Source: Candidatus Obscuribacteraceae bacterium (GTDB lineage: Bacteria > Cyanobacteriota > Vampirovibrionia > Obscuribacterales > Obscuribacteraceae). From it: a stretch of DNA of 64,000 bases. The notes below the pieces were generated by a model that searched no databases, was not told the origin of the DNA, and saw only the letters and a program-made list of their open reading frames with translations. The stretch covers positions 96,001-160,000 of the forward strand of contig JBGAHS010000001.1 of assembly GCA_044226015.1 (NCBI GenBank). The letters run 5' to 3'. Position numbers and translations under genes: made by a program. Below, one piece after another: positions 18,647 through 29,039 of this stretch; the first letter of the stretch is position 1, and every line of letters begins with the position of its first letter.

Positions 18647-21406
18647 CTAGATCAAAACCTCTGCGTCAATTGAATAAGTGCCCGCGCGTAGTCGTTGAAC
18701 TGGCACTATGACTTGATTTTGCGCACCACCTGGAGTAATCACAACTATTTCGTCACCCTTGATTATTCTGATTACGTCTTTGCTGTGATTAGTGAGCTTC
18801 ACCCGCACTTTGTTTTGAGTGCCAGTTACTTTGACGGTTATTTTTCTAACTTCGCCTTTGATTGGTTCATGTCCATTTGGTGAAAGATCGACCGTCACAA
18901 GGTCGAAATTGCCTGGGTTGCTGCGCAGTCCAGCTGTGCTGACGCACAATGTGTGGGCACCAGCAGGAAGCCCCGGTGGCATTTGAGCTTTCATTTGCAC
19001 AGGAGATGAAACCACTACATTTGCATCATAAGCACCATCGATAATCACTCTGTTTCGCTCAGCTATGCCATCAAAATGATGCCCAGATATAGTCAGATTT
19101 CCATTGCTGCCGCAAACGGGAGATACCGATTCCAGGCTGGGCACCTGTGCTCCGGAAGGAGTCGCAAGAGGTTGCAAAACCTCGATGGCTGCAGGTGTTT
19201 CCTCCGGATGCGCTGACAGTGAAATATGCATACTATAGCCTGGAGGAGCGTCCTCAGGAATCTGGTATACGACTTTTCCGTTCTCTCCAGTTGAGAGTTG
19301 TGCCCCGTTGAAGCTTATTCCAACAAAAGGCTCACCTTTGTGTTGGGAATTTTGAACTGCAATCGTCATATATTGTCCGGCTACAGCCCTTCCGGGATAG
19401 AGCATGTTTGCGTCCTGGCTAGGGGCTCTCATATCATGAGCCCCCTCAGGGCTATCCCAGTTATTTCTTGAACGGCTGCTGTCGGGGAACAAGCTAGCCA
19501 CTGGAGTGCCCGAAGGCACTGCCGGCTTCGTATCTGCTGCGTTTGATGCAGTCGCGGACCAATCATTTCGTGAAGGTGCTTCGCTATTTTTAGTTTCGCC
19601 TGCACCGGGGATGGTTTTCTCTTTTCCCTCTGCCACTACTGCTGCTTGCGCTTCTTTTTTCTCATCTGTTGCTGTTTTTTCAGCCACAGCTTGTTTGCTG
19701 TTCGGTTCTTCTTTTTTGTCACCTGCAAGCTTTCGTTCATCTGCTGCTGAGTTGTCGGAACCTTTATCTTGCTCTGTCTTTGCGTCGGCTGCTTTGGACT
19801 CTGCTGCTGCTTTTGCCTCAGCAGCAGCTTTTGCGGCAGCTGCCGCTTTGAGGTCAGCCTCAGAGACTGAACTTAGTTGCTTTTCGCTGAGTATTTCTGG
19901 TTTCTTGTTTTTCGCGGGCACCTCTTTACCTTCTGCGTCAGAGGAGCCCTCAGCTTTTTTTGCTTCGTCGCTGCCCCCAGCGCCTTCAGTGGATGCAATT
20001 TCTGTGCCCGGTTTGGAGTTTGCTTTCACTAAAGCCTCCGCCACTGATTTTGCAAGTGCCTCTGCAACTTGTTTCTGCTGAATTGCAAGTACGGCACTTA
20101 CTTCTGCCGCTTTCTTTTTCTCTTCTTCAGCTTTGGCTATTTTGTCCTTATATTCTTGAGCCGATACTAAGAACAAGCGGTGCCGCTCTGTAACTGGTGA
20201 GTAAATCTGCAGCATGCTCTGTGTATTTGGTGCATTCTTGTCTTGCTTGCAATCTATTTTCAAATCGCCGACTTTGCCTATCCAGAAATTCACATCTTGT
20301 TGACTCTGAATATCAAACCCTTTGTCTACGCTAGATTTAGCTGTAATGACAGTAATAAACTCGCCGAGGCTTTCGCTAGCACCCTCTGCTTTTCCAGTGT
20401 AATTTCCGACTATTTCAATGGTTAGAAGTCCATCAATCTTCTTTGCCCACAAAGCGACGATAGATGCCTTGAGTTCCGGGTTTACCTCGATGGTGCCTGA
20501 CTCCCACGACTCTGCCGACATCATTGATTCAGCTTTAGATTTATCACTTGTTTGGACAATACGGTTTGCCACCAATTCTGGTGCTGAGAGTGCTTTGTCC
20601 AGGGCTTCTGCAGCCAACTTTGCTACTAACTTTTGCGTGGCATCTTCTAGTTTGCTTACAGCTTCTGACTCTTTCAGCGATTTGTTTACATCTTTCAGAA
20701 CGCTAATCAATGCTGGGTCAAATTTATATTTTGGCGCGTTGGGATCTTCTACAACCGTCGGCTTAGCTGACTTTACTTCTTCTTTTTTTGTTTCAGCTTT
20801 TGCTGGTTCTTCTTTTTTCTTTCCACCCATGTGGAAGAAACCACCGCTGCCCTTCTTTTCTTCTGCGGCGGCTTTCTCTTTTGAAGCTGGCTCTGTCGCT
20901 TTCTTGTCGTCAGCCTTTTTGTCTTCTGTCTTAGTTTCTTTCTTGGCGTCTTTGGAATCTTTTGATTCCTTTTCTTTGCCTTTAGCTTTCTTCGATTCTT
21001 TCTTTTCGTCTTTGGCAGCGTCTTTGGCAGCGTCTTTCACTGCATCTTTAGCATCGCTTTTGGCTTCTTTGGCATCGTCTTTCGCATTTTTTGCAGCATC
21101 TTTAGCATCTTCTTTTGCTTCTTTGCTGGCATCTTTTGCGTCTTTATCTTTCTTTGCAAGTTTTACCTTCGGCGCGTTTGCTTCGGCGTCACCGTCTGTG
21201 GTGCTAATGTCGTTCATAGCAATTTCTTGCTTGTGTGATTTCTTGCTGCTGGAACTTTTCGCCCAGGCGGACTGCCCGCATGACAGTGCAACGCTGAAGG
21301 ATAGAAGCAGTCCGAATATGCGACGACTTGATACCGAAATTAGTGCTTTGGAATTTGAATCATTTTTGACCCATGAGTAACTTTGCAAATCATTCTGCGT
21401 AATCAT
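18647..21406 (-). CDS. large exported protein with Lys/Ala/Glu low-complexity tracts and a C-terminal IPT/TIG-like domain
   Basis: Signal-like segment, DAK repeats, ESVSP...LTISGHHFD...NRVIIDG..ANVVVSSP IPT pattern. Confidence 0.8.
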   Translation of the reverse strand: MITQNDLQSYSWVKNDSNSKALISVSSRRIFGLLLSFSVALSCGQSAWAKSSSSKKSHKQEIAMNDISTTDGDAEANAPKVKLAKKDKDAKDASKEAKEDAKDAAKNAKDDAKEAKSDAKDAVKDAAKDAAKDEKKESKKAKGKEKESKDSKDAKKETKTEDKKADDKKATEPASKEKAAAEEKKGSGGFFHMGGKKKEEPAKAETKKEEVKSAKPTVVEDPNAPKYKFDPALISVLKDVNKSLKESEAVSKLEDATQKLVAKLAAEALDKALSAPELVANRIVQTSDKSKAESMMSAESWESGTIEVNPELKASIVALWAKKIDGLLTIEIVGNYTGKAEGASESLGEFITVITAKSSVDKGFDIQSQQDVNFWIGKVGDLKIDCKQDKNAPNTQSMLQIYSPVTERHRLFLVSAQEYKDKIAKAEEEKKKAAEVSAVLAIQQKQVAEALAKSVAEALVKANSKPGTEIASTEGAGGSDEAKKAEGSSDAEGKEVPAKNKKPEILSEKQLSSVSEADLKAAAAAKAAAEAKAAAESKAADAKTEQDKGSDNSAADERKLAGDKKEEPNSKQAVAEKTATDEKKEAQAAVVAEGKEKTIPGAGETKNSEAPSRNDWSATASNAADTKPAVPSGTPVASLFPDSSRSRNNWDSPEGAHDMRAPSQDANMLYPGRAVAGQYMTIAVQNSQHKGEPFVGISFNGAQLSTGENGKVVYQIPEDAPPGYSMHISLSAHPEETPAAIEVLQPLATPSGAQVPSLESVSPVCGSNGNLTISGHHFDGIAERNRVIIDGAYDANVVVSSPVQMKAQMPPGLPAGAHTLCVSTAGLRSNPGNFDLVTVDLSPNGHEPIKGEVRKITVKVTGTQNKVRVKLTNHSKDVIRIIKGDEIVVITPGGAQNQVIVPVQRLRAGTYSIDAEVLI

Positions 21407-23358
21407 CAGTGTCCTCGTTTCTTGGCAAAGAGCTTCCTGTAAAGTGAGATCGTTTCTGCTGGTGTCAGTCCGTAACCGAGATAGTGTCCGTCGAGGTGAA
21501 TTTCAAAATGTAAGTGCGGATGTTTCACCCGCCCAGGCACATTTTCACCTGTTCCGGAATATCCAATGTAGCCAACTGTTTCGCCAGCATCGATTGGCAT
21601 TCCTACTCGAAGATCTGGACGCGCTTTGTTGAGGTGGGCATATACCGTGACAAGTCCATTTCCATGGTCAAGCCAGACCTGGCAGCCTCGAAATAAATCC
21701 TCGTTTGTGGGCGAGCAGTATTGGCTCGTCGCACATTCGCTCATTATTTTGTTGTATTGCTTTGCGTCCATATCGTGATAATTTACGTCTGCCCTGATTA
21801 CTTTACCAGCAGCGGCAGCAAATGCGGGAGTATTGACAGCCACATGTGTTCCGGCGCCGGGGTCATGAAAGAAGTCAAGTCCCTGGTGGATGCCGTGTCT
21901 GTAAAGCCTTCGGGCGCCAGGGAAAACGCCTGGATGTCCGGGCAAATTTCCTTTGACTGGAAGTCGCAGAATTCTCAATCTGCTATCTAATTTTCTTACT
22001 GGGACTGCCTGGTGTACTGGAGCTGGTTCGTTCATCATACGGAAGTCAAGTCCGTCGCCATCAATAACGCCAAATCCACCGTTGCCCGGCATCAACCCTC
22101 TTAAATCTGAATCGCTTGGAAAGAAAAACTGTTTTACTGAGCCGTTTGATTTCTCTATCGCCAGCACCCGGCAATTCTCTCGCTCGATTACGTAAGCTGG
22201 TGAATGTGCAGCGATGGCGAATCGGCTGGGTTGTATTCCGTTAGGCATCTTGTAATTGAGACGTTTTGAAACGCCTCCTGTGTTCACCACGTTTGACGGG
22301 TAAATGCTAATAACGCCCGACCGTCTCAATACTTCGGTACTGCCATCAAATCCGATACCAATACCGTCAGCCACATTTGGGTCACCTGCATGAATGCGCC
22401 AGGGCAAAACTTCCCTGAAATAGCGGGAGTTCTTCTGTCCAAGCGGGAAGCGCCAGATTTGATTTCTTTCGGGGTCAAGCAAGAGAAGATGCGTGCCATC
22501 AGACGTTATGGCGACGTAGTGCGGGTCAGGCGAACCTAGCGTCTGTCTATTAGCCCAGAGCAAATTCCATTTTTTGTTGTGAGGGTCATACTCAAATAGC
22601 GAGCCACTCTTGTCGAGCACCGCCAGTGATTTGTGTAATGGCCAGTAGCAGAAAGAAAGGAATTCCTGCAGCTGAATTCCTTTTATTTTGTTTTGTGGAA
22701 CGGGGATGGTTTCTGCATGCAAGACATGTTCTTGTTGATTGCTTCCCGCTATGTCAGCAAGCAGGTAGAGGCAGTCGCTACCCAGCATGAACATATGCTT
22801 GTCCACCTGGGCAATAGAATTAGGGTAAATCGGGCGCCCTTTTTCGTCGACGAGTTTGAATCTTTGATACTGTGGTGCAGCAGATGCGTGCGGCTCACTA
22901 ATCGCTGCACCAGTAGTGGTGCCTGCGCCTTTACCTTGCTGAGCAGCTTTCGCGTCAGCGAGCAGTTGGGGCAACTCCGAGACACCCTGGTCTTGCAGCT
23001 CTGTTGAAGCAGCTGAGACCGGCTCATCAGAGCCTTGCCCTATGAAAGCGGGTGCTGGCGCCAGTTGCTCTGTGGGCAGACCTGTCAGATGGGAATTCGT
23101 TGGGGACGTCGAAGATAGTGCAGCAGAGTATGGCACCGCTGCCGTAGCGGATGGTGCCGATACCGATGCAGTTTGCACCGATACAACCCCTGCCTTTCTG
23201 GCTTCATTGCGAATTATTCTCGCGGTGAGGTCTGCCTCTGCGGCATTGTCAGAAGCCATAACTCGAGCAAAGGCACTGCAAAGGCTTGCTGCCATCAAGC
23301 TTAGTGCCATAACGTTTAGTAGATTGCAGGTGCCGATTTTCTTCAGGGGCGCAAACAT
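21406..23358 (-). CDS. M23 family metallopeptidase with N-terminal beta-propeller-like region
   Basis: HQGLD (HxxxD), YAHL and PHLHFEI (HxH) motifs; signal-like N-terminus. Confidence 0.9.
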   Translation of the reverse strand: MFAPLKKIGTCNLLNVMALSLMAASLCSAFARVMASDNAAEADLTARIIRNEARKAGVVSVQTASVSAPSATAAVPYSAALSSTSPTNSHLTGLPTEQLAPAPAFIGQGSDEPVSAASTELQDQGVSELPQLLADAKAAQQGKGAGTTTGAAISEPHASAAPQYQRFKLVDEKGRPIYPNSIAQVDKHMFMLGSDCLYLLADIAGSNQQEHVLHAETIPVPQNKIKGIQLQEFLSFCYWPLHKSLAVLDKSGSLFEYDPHNKKWNLLWANRQTLGSPDPHYVAITSDGTHLLLLDPERNQIWRFPLGQKNSRYFREVLPWRIHAGDPNVADGIGIGFDGSTEVLRRSGVISIYPSNVVNTGGVSKRLNYKMPNGIQPSRFAIAAHSPAYVIERENCRVLAIEKSNGSVKQFFFPSDSDLRGLMPGNGGFGVIDGDGLDFRMMNEPAPVHQAVPVRKLDSRLRILRLPVKGNLPGHPGVFPGARRLYRHGIHQGLDFFHDPGAGTHVAVNTPAFAAAAGKVIRADVNYHDMDAKQYNKIMSECATSQYCSPTNEDLFRGCQVWLDHGNGLVTVYAHLNKARPDLRVGMPIDAGETVGYIGYSGTGENVPGRVKHPHLHFEIHLDGHYLGYGLTPAETISLYRKLFAKKRGH

Positions 23359-23366
23359 ATTTCCCT

Positions 23367-24605
23367 TTAGCGTTTCGGTGGATTCTTGGTTGGCCCGTTG
23401 TTAGTCAGAAGTGCAGAGTCTGCGATTAGCCATTTGCCGTTAACTTTTTCCATGGTGTAGTTGACTGTGTACTTATCGTCTTGCTCTTTGATCACGGAAT
23501 TATCGGCTTCTTTAATGTATTTGCTGTATTCACGCACTTCGGCTACGACTGCAAACTTTGTGCCTGTACCAAGGTCAGTATATTTTTGAACAGTGCACCC
23601 TTTGGGTTCCATTTCGTAATAGGTACCGTTTGTCTGCAGCCATTGTACAGCAGTTGTTTGTTTCTTCAACGCTGTGCCGGTCAGAATTTCGGCTAAGTGG
23701 GAAGTGTCGCGCTTCCTGATCGCAACTTTCTTAATTTGCTGCCAGGATTTGATTGTTGCCACAAAATCTTCTTTCTTCTGATCGATATTGGGGCTGATTG
23801 CAGGCTGAGTTGACTTAGGCTTGATGACATTTGGAATGGTCATCGGTTTTTTGATTGCGTTGATAATCGGATGCTTCACTTCCGGCTTTGGCTTAACTGC
23901 TACTTCGTCTGGCTGCTGGTTTTCATCAGGCTGTTTGACTGAATGTTCTGCAATCGTTGTTTTGTTTGCATCTAGGCTGTTCACTGCAATGAGGCATGAA
24001 TAGGGTTGTGCGCTCTTGCTGCGATCGATTACGACTTGATAGCGCCCGGCAGCAAGATTTACGCCTGCCCCCGGCTTTAGTTTACCTTTCAATTTTTCAA
24101 GTTCTTTATTGAACTCTGCGATTCTGCGTGGTTTGGCGCCGAGAGCTTCCAACAAGAAATCAGCCGCCATCTCAATGTCGAGCACGTCTTTTACATTGCC
24201 CGAACCTAGTTTGCCCAAGCCGAGTTGGGCACTTGTGACTTGTTCTGAACGAACGCTGAGCTTGACGTGATTTTGTTTTTCATCAGTGAGGTCAGAAATG
24301 TCATTGCTGGATGCTTTGAATGGTCCAAGACCGGGCCAGGTAGCTTTAGTCACAAATTGACTTTGGCGGAACTCTTCGAAAGCGCACATTGGTGCAACTG
24401 TGCTGGGAACGCCAGTGGTACTGGCTACTGCAGCGGAATTCGTGTTTTTGCTAGCGTTGTCATTGTCAATGGTTGGAGCTTCCTGGTCGATCCACATAGA
24501 GTCGAGTGAGGAAGCCTCGTCGGCCGACCATACCGGCATAAGCCCGGAAACGCTGAGTGCGCAAGAGAGAGTGATAATTGCTTTCTTGTGATGGAATTTG
24601 GACAT
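23367..24605 (-). CDS. exported protein with ARC6/Ftn2-like IMS (DUF4101) C-terminal domain
   Basis: IKSWQQIKKVA...LAEILTG.AL...WLQTNGTYY...VAEVRE...YTVNY....NGKWLI matches the IMS pattern; signal peptide. Confidence 0.8.
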   Translation of the reverse strand: MSKFHHKKAIITLSCALSVSGLMPVWSADEASSLDSMWIDQEAPTIDNDNASKNTNSAAVASTTGVPSTVAPMCAFEEFRQSQFVTKATWPGLGPFKASSNDISDLTDEKQNHVKLSVRSEQVTSAQLGLGKLGSGNVKDVLDIEMAADFLLEALGAKPRRIAEFNKELEKLKGKLKPGAGVNLAAGRYQVVIDRSKSAQPYSCLIAVNSLDANKTTIAEHSVKQPDENQQPDEVAVKPKPEVKHPIINAIKKPMTIPNVIKPKSTQPAISPNIDQKKEDFVATIKSWQQIKKVAIRKRDTSHLAEILTGTALKKQTTAVQWLQTNGTYYEMEPKGCTVQKYTDLGTGTKFAVVAEVREYSKYIKEADNSVIKEQDDKYTVNYTMEKVNGKWLIADSALLTNNGPTKNPPKR

Positions 24606-24771
24606 AGACGCCTACAAAACCGCTAATACTCAGAGGTTAACATGTGCGGGGCATCTTTTCTTTAATAAAGAATCTGCTTAGATTGGCTTCGTTTGCCAAA
24701 GAGCGCACAGTAGAGGCAAGAAGTGGAACTCTAAAAAGTATTAAAAATGTTTATCAAAACTGCTTGTTAGC

Positions 24772-25920
24772 TTATTCCAACTTAAGACTTGCCAGAGCTA
24801 GTTGGCTTGCCAACCGCTGCACTTCCGCAGGAATGAGGTTTTCGCCCTCAGAGAGTTGAACACCATTTACTCTGGAATTAAGTAAATAGCGCATACACAA
24901 GACTTCTGTAGTCAGGTGAATTAAAGTGGGTTCAGGTGAGCCCGTTAGCATGACTACATTTGCGGGTCCGCCACCGCCGATAACAAATATCTTTTTTGTG
25001 GATGCTTTGTCGTCTTTAAGGTGATATTCGACAAGATGAGGAGAGGGAGAGCGGGTGGAAACAGATGTGGACGCCAATTCCGCAAGATCGATTTCTTGTG
25101 CCCAGTGCCCGACATTCATCAAGATTATGCCGTCGCGGCAGTGATGGAATTGATTGAGCCCGAGGACATTTTTTGCACCTGTGGCCGTGACAATTAGCTC
25201 GCTCTGTGCCAGAGCCTCTTCCATCGAAGCCAGTGCGAAGCCGTCGTAGTGTGCTACAAGTCTTCTGGTGGCATCTTGCTCGACCACACTGACTTGTGCA
25301 CCTGTTTGTCTGAGGTGATATGCGACTCCGGCGCCAACTCTGCCATACCCGACTACTGCGGCTCTGCGTCCTGTCCAGAGTCTACCGGTGACCTTGTACA
25401 GAGCATCGGTGACACCGTCACCGACACCATGGAAATTCTCAATGAGATTTTTCAATTCACCATCATTAATGTTGATGACAGGTAATTTCAAATTGTTTGT
25501 CGCACGCAGTTTTTGTATTCCGCTGCTGGTTATTTCGCAAGCTGCCAGCAAATAGTCATTTGATGCTTCTTGCAGGTAGGCTGTCATCAGAACAAAGCCT
25601 GTGTCGGAAATTATCTCTGGGCGATGCGATAACACTTTTGCCGTACTGCTGTCGCCGAGAAACACTTCAGCACCAATTTTTCTCATATAATCGATTGATG
25701 CTTTGTCAGATGTTGCAGCCGAGCACTCTGAGAGAAACAATTGGACTCCTGCTTGGAGCAAGACTTTCACAGTCGCTGCAGTCAAGCCTGTTAAATGGCA
25801 GTGCCATGCTATTTTTCGCCCTTTTAGATCTGCCTGACCGAGCAGGTAGTCTTGCAACTTTTCCATGATCGGAAACGAAAAATTGTAATATTCAATTTCT
25901 TCTTCGGTAGATTTGAACAT
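24772..25920 (-). CDS. ahcY: adenosylhomocysteinase-like protein (divergent)
   Basis: HLT, EITSSG, PVININD..LKNLIEN..GVG, Rossmann GYGRVGAG, VTATG, NVGH. Confidence 0.85.
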   Translation of the reverse strand: MFKSTEEEIEYYNFSFPIMEKLQDYLLGQADLKGRKIAWHCHLTGLTAATVKVLLQAGVQLFLSECSAATSDKASIDYMRKIGAEVFLGDSSTAKVLSHRPEIISDTGFVLMTAYLQEASNDYLLAACEITSSGIQKLRATNNLKLPVININDGELKNLIENFHGVGDGVTDALYKVTGRLWTGRRAAVVGYGRVGAGVAYHLRQTGAQVSVVEQDATRRLVAHYDGFALASMEEALAQSELIVTATGAKNVLGLNQFHHCRDGIILMNVGHWAQEIDLAELASTSVSTRSPSPHLVEYHLKDDKASTKKIFVIGGGGPANVVMLTGSPEPTLIHLTTEVLCMRYLLNSRVNGVQLSEGENLIPAEVQRLASQLALASLKLE

Positions 25921-25925
25921 CTTGT

Positions 25926-26540
25926 CTATGTCAGTGAGTCCATAACCCGCATTCCAAATTCACGCAGTAACAGCACCGTATCTGATACTGGAAGTCCGAT
26001 GACATTGCTATAGCATCCTTCGACTTTTTGTATGAAAGCCGAAGCAACTCCTTGCAGTGCGTAAGCTCCGGCTTTGTCCATTGGCTCTTCGCTGTTGGCG
26101 TAAAATCTTGCTTCGGGCTCAGATAGCTTGCGAAAATACACCGAGGTCGTTCCAAAGATAGACCTGGAATAGCCGTCGGGTAAGCGGACAATAGACACAC
26201 CGGAATAAACCTGGTGAGCCCGTCCTGATAGGCTCATCAACATATCATAAGCCTCTTCATGCGTTTGAGGCTTATTCAAAATATGATTGTCTCTGACTAC
26301 GATGGTGTCAGCCCCCAGGACAAGTATTTGTTCGTCGCTGGCACATTGATTTTTCATTCGCGAAGCAACTTCTTTTGCTTTGCCTAGCGAAAGGTGTTTC
26401 ACATATTCTTCGGGATGAACTATTTCGATGTCTTCATTGAGTTCGCTGACCTCTATCGAGAATTCAATTCCCAAGCCTGACAGTAGTTCTCGCCTTCGGG
26501 GAGAACCGGATGCAAGCACCAGCTTTATTTTTTGACTCAC
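25926..26540 (-). CDS. maf: Maf/YhdE nucleoside triphosphate pyrophosphatase
   Basis: LASGSPRRRELL, ADTIV, KP, DKAGAY, NVIGLP. Confidence 0.95.
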   Translation of the reverse strand: MSQKIKLVLASGSPRRRELLSGLGIEFSIEVSELNEDIEIVHPEEYVKHLSLGKAKEVASRMKNQCASDEQILVLGADTIVVRDNHILNKPQTHEEAYDMLMSLSGRAHQVYSGVSIVRLPDGYSRSIFGTTSVYFRKLSEPEARFYANSEEPMDKAGAYALQGVASAFIQKVEGCYSNVIGLPVSDTVLLLREFGMRVMDSLT

Positions 26541-26544
26541 TTAT

Positions 26545-28539
26545 TTAACCTGAGAGCAACTCGAAAAATTGAACTCGGCAGTTGCCACGATCAGCCACGT
26601 AGAGCACGTTGTTATCGGGGTCGATGCTCAAATCAGAAGGACCCATAAATCTACCGGGTTCTGTTCCTCTGCCGCCAAATTGATAGAGATAGTCTCCAGC
26701 GGTTGAGAAAACTTGAATGCGATGGTTCAAAGAATCTGCTACATAAACGCGGTCTTGCTTATCGATTGCAATTCCGCGAGGAACATTGAATTCACCTTTG
26801 CCTGTGCCTTTTCCACCCCATGCGCGTTGAAAAAGCCCGGCTTTAGAGAAGACTGAAATTTTCGAAGTTCCATAGTCAACAACAAAGAGTTGCCCAAATC
26901 TGTCCAGCGAGATTCCCTGAGGAAGCTGAAGCTGACCTTCGCCAGAGCCCTTGTTTCCGATTTTTCTCATCCATGAACCCATCTCTGCCGAAATAACATG
27001 GACGCAGCCATTATCGGGGTCGGAAAAATAGAGGTTGCCGACGGTGTCGCAATACATTCCTAAAATGCCACCATCTTTTCCATGCTGGTTTTTGAACTCG
27101 CGCATGAACATACCCTGTCCATCAAATACACGAATCCACTGGTCAGAGGTATCAGCAGCGTAAATTCGACCTCTGGTGTCGACAGTTACGCTAGATGGTT
27201 TCGAGAAAATGCCACCATTTGTTTTTGATGTTTTTACTGCTGGGTTTGGACGCGACTCACCCATCTGACGTCCATCTCTGCCGAAGACCTGAAATTTTCT
27301 TGTCGAGGTGTCTGCAACCACGATTTTGCCGCCGCGAGCAGCAATAGCTGATGGTTCCTGAAAGCAGCCCGGTCCATCACCTGCTCGTCCGATTTGACCT
27401 ATAACTTTTGCCAGTTGTACAGATTGCGTAATTGGCTTGATTTGCCCAGCAGCGGGCTTGTTTGCCTCTGATGTGCGACCAGCGAGCCACGGCTTAACAA
27501 CAGCTTTGGGTGCCTCATCACCGTGGTGTGCTCCTAGCGGATGCAGCGCGGGTGCGCCTGCGCTTGGTGGGCGCAACCCTGATGGTGGCGTCAACTTGGC
27601 GCTTCCGCCAGCCCCGCCTCCCATGGGTATTCCTGGGGCGTATGAGCTGCTTGTGCCGCCTCCGGTGAGTCCTGAGCGCAGCATGCTGCCAGAGGACGAT
27701 CCCCGTGTCACGTTTAGCGCTCTATCAAATTCTTTTTCGAACTCAGTGACTGTTGCGTATCTGTCAGCTGATTTCTTGCGCATCGCTTTTGCAATAACCG
27801 AGGCAACATCAGGTGAAATTTCTGGATTCACTTCGTTAGCGGGTTTTGCCTCTTTCGAAATAATTGCCATCAAGGTTGAAGTCAAACCGTCTCCGGCAAA
27901 TGGAACCTGTCCAGCAAGCGCTTCGTAAGCCACCACTGCTAGTGAATAGATATCGGCGCGATGATCGACCTGGCGAGCGTCTTGCAGCTGTTCAGGCGAA
28001 ACGTAGGATAGAGTTCCTAGCATTACACCTGGTTTTGTCAGGTTGGAATTGTCTGCTTCTGACGACCGCGCAATACCAAAGTCGGTGATTTTTACTTTGC
28101 CATCAGGCAGAATGAAAATGTTGTCTGGCTTGATGTCTCTATGAACAAGTGTTTGCTCATGTGCGTGAGCAAGACCTTCGCAAGTTTGTTTGAAAATTGG
28201 ATAGAACTCTTCGTTTGTCAGCTTCTGTCCATTGCTGCGCTCAAGCATCTGTCGCAAGCTTTGTCCGTCGAGAAGTTCCATGACGTAATAAGCATTGTCG
28301 GCATTTATAGATACATCAAAAATGGAAATGAGGTTGGGATGGCTCAGCCCCGCCGCAAGAATCGCTTCTCTGCGAAATCGCTCTCTGAACTCATCTTTCT
28401 TATCCGGGTCTACGTTGTCCAGAATAAGTTGCTTGATTGCAACCTGACGGTTCAAGCGCGGGTCTTCGGCCTTATAAATAATGCCCATGCCACCGCGGCC
28501 AATCTCACAAATTATTTTGTACTGTCCGAAGTTCTGCAT
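26545..28539 (-). CDS. Hanks-type Ser/Thr kinase with C-terminal NHL beta-propeller
   Basis: GRGGMG, VAIK, HRDIKPDN, DFG, SPE all intact. NHL repeats (FNVPRGIAID..VYVADSLNHRIQVF). No TM segment. Confidence 0.96.
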   Translation of the reverse strand: MQNFGQYKIICEIGRGGMGIIYKAEDPRLNRQVAIKQLILDNVDPDKKDEFRERFRREAILAAGLSHPNLISIFDVSINADNAYYVMELLDGQSLRQMLERSNGQKLTNEEFYPIFKQTCEGLAHAHEQTLVHRDIKPDNIFILPDGKVKITDFGIARSSEADNSNLTKPGVMLGTLSYVSPEQLQDARQVDHRADIYSLAVVAYEALAGQVPFAGDGLTSTLMAIISKEAKPANEVNPEISPDVASVIAKAMRKKSADRYATVTEFEKEFDRALNVTRGSSSGSMLRSGLTGGGTSSSYAPGIPMGGGAGGSAKLTPPSGLRPPSAGAPALHPLGAHHGDEAPKAVVKPWLAGRTSEANKPAAGQIKPITQSVQLAKVIGQIGRAGDGPGCFQEPSAIAARGGKIVVADTSTRKFQVFGRDGRQMGESRPNPAVKTSKTNGGIFSKPSSVTVDTRGRIYAADTSDQWIRVFDGQGMFMREFKNQHGKDGGILGMYCDTVGNLYFSDPDNGCVHVISAEMGSWMRKIGNKGSGEGQLQLPQGISLDRFGQLFVVDYGTSKISVFSKAGLFQRAWGGKGTGKGEFNVPRGIAIDKQDRVYVADSLNHRIQVFSTAGDYLYQFGGRGTEPGRFMGPSDLSIDPDNNVLYVADRGNCRVQFFELLSG

Positions 28540-28541
28540 TA

Positions 28542-28985
28542 CTAATTGATTTCGAACACAAGTTCAGTTCTGCCAAACTTGATTCTATCTCCAGGGAAGA
28601 TTTGCTTGCGTTCCGATAAAACATCGCCATTTAACAGCGTACCATTTGTACTGCCCAGGTCTTCGACAAAGTAATTGCCTTTGATGAACAAAACCCAGGC
28701 GTGGTGCCGAGAAATGTAACTATCATTGTTCAGGGAAATGTTGTTAGCTTTGTCTCGTCCAATTTTGCTAACCGACTGACTCAATGGATATCGCTCGTTT
28801 GTTTCTTTATTTACCAACATGGCTCCGTGCATTGAAGCCTGTCCCGATGGCTGAGAAATAAAGCTGCTAATGTCACCAGAATCAGTACCGCTGCTCATGG
28901 TCGAGGGACCACAAAAGCCGCATTGACCAGCAGCATTTACCATGCCGCCACATCGTCCACATTTTTGATCTGTACCGCTCATCAA
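28542..28985 (-). CDS. FHA-domain protein with N-terminal zinc ribbon
   Basis: CGRC...CGFC; IGR, SRHHA, DLGSTNGT. Confidence 0.93.
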   Translation of the reverse strand: MMSGTDQKCGRCGGMVNAAGQCGFCGPSTMSSGTDSGDISSFISQPSGQASMHGAMLVNKETNERYPLSQSVSKIGRDKANNISLNNDSYISRHHAWVLFIKGNYFVEDLGSTNGTLLNGDVLSERKQIFPGDRIKFGRTELVFEIN

Positions 28986-29039
28986 CCAGCCTAACTAAGA
29001 TGCGTTTGGGTTTCGAGCACCCGTGTATTCATTTGGAAC

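Noticed and set aside
19506..21380. Plus-strand 191-aa and 320-aa Ser/Phe/Ala-rich ORFs
   Set aside because: Antisense shadows of the Lys/Glu/Ala-rich gene 18647-21406.
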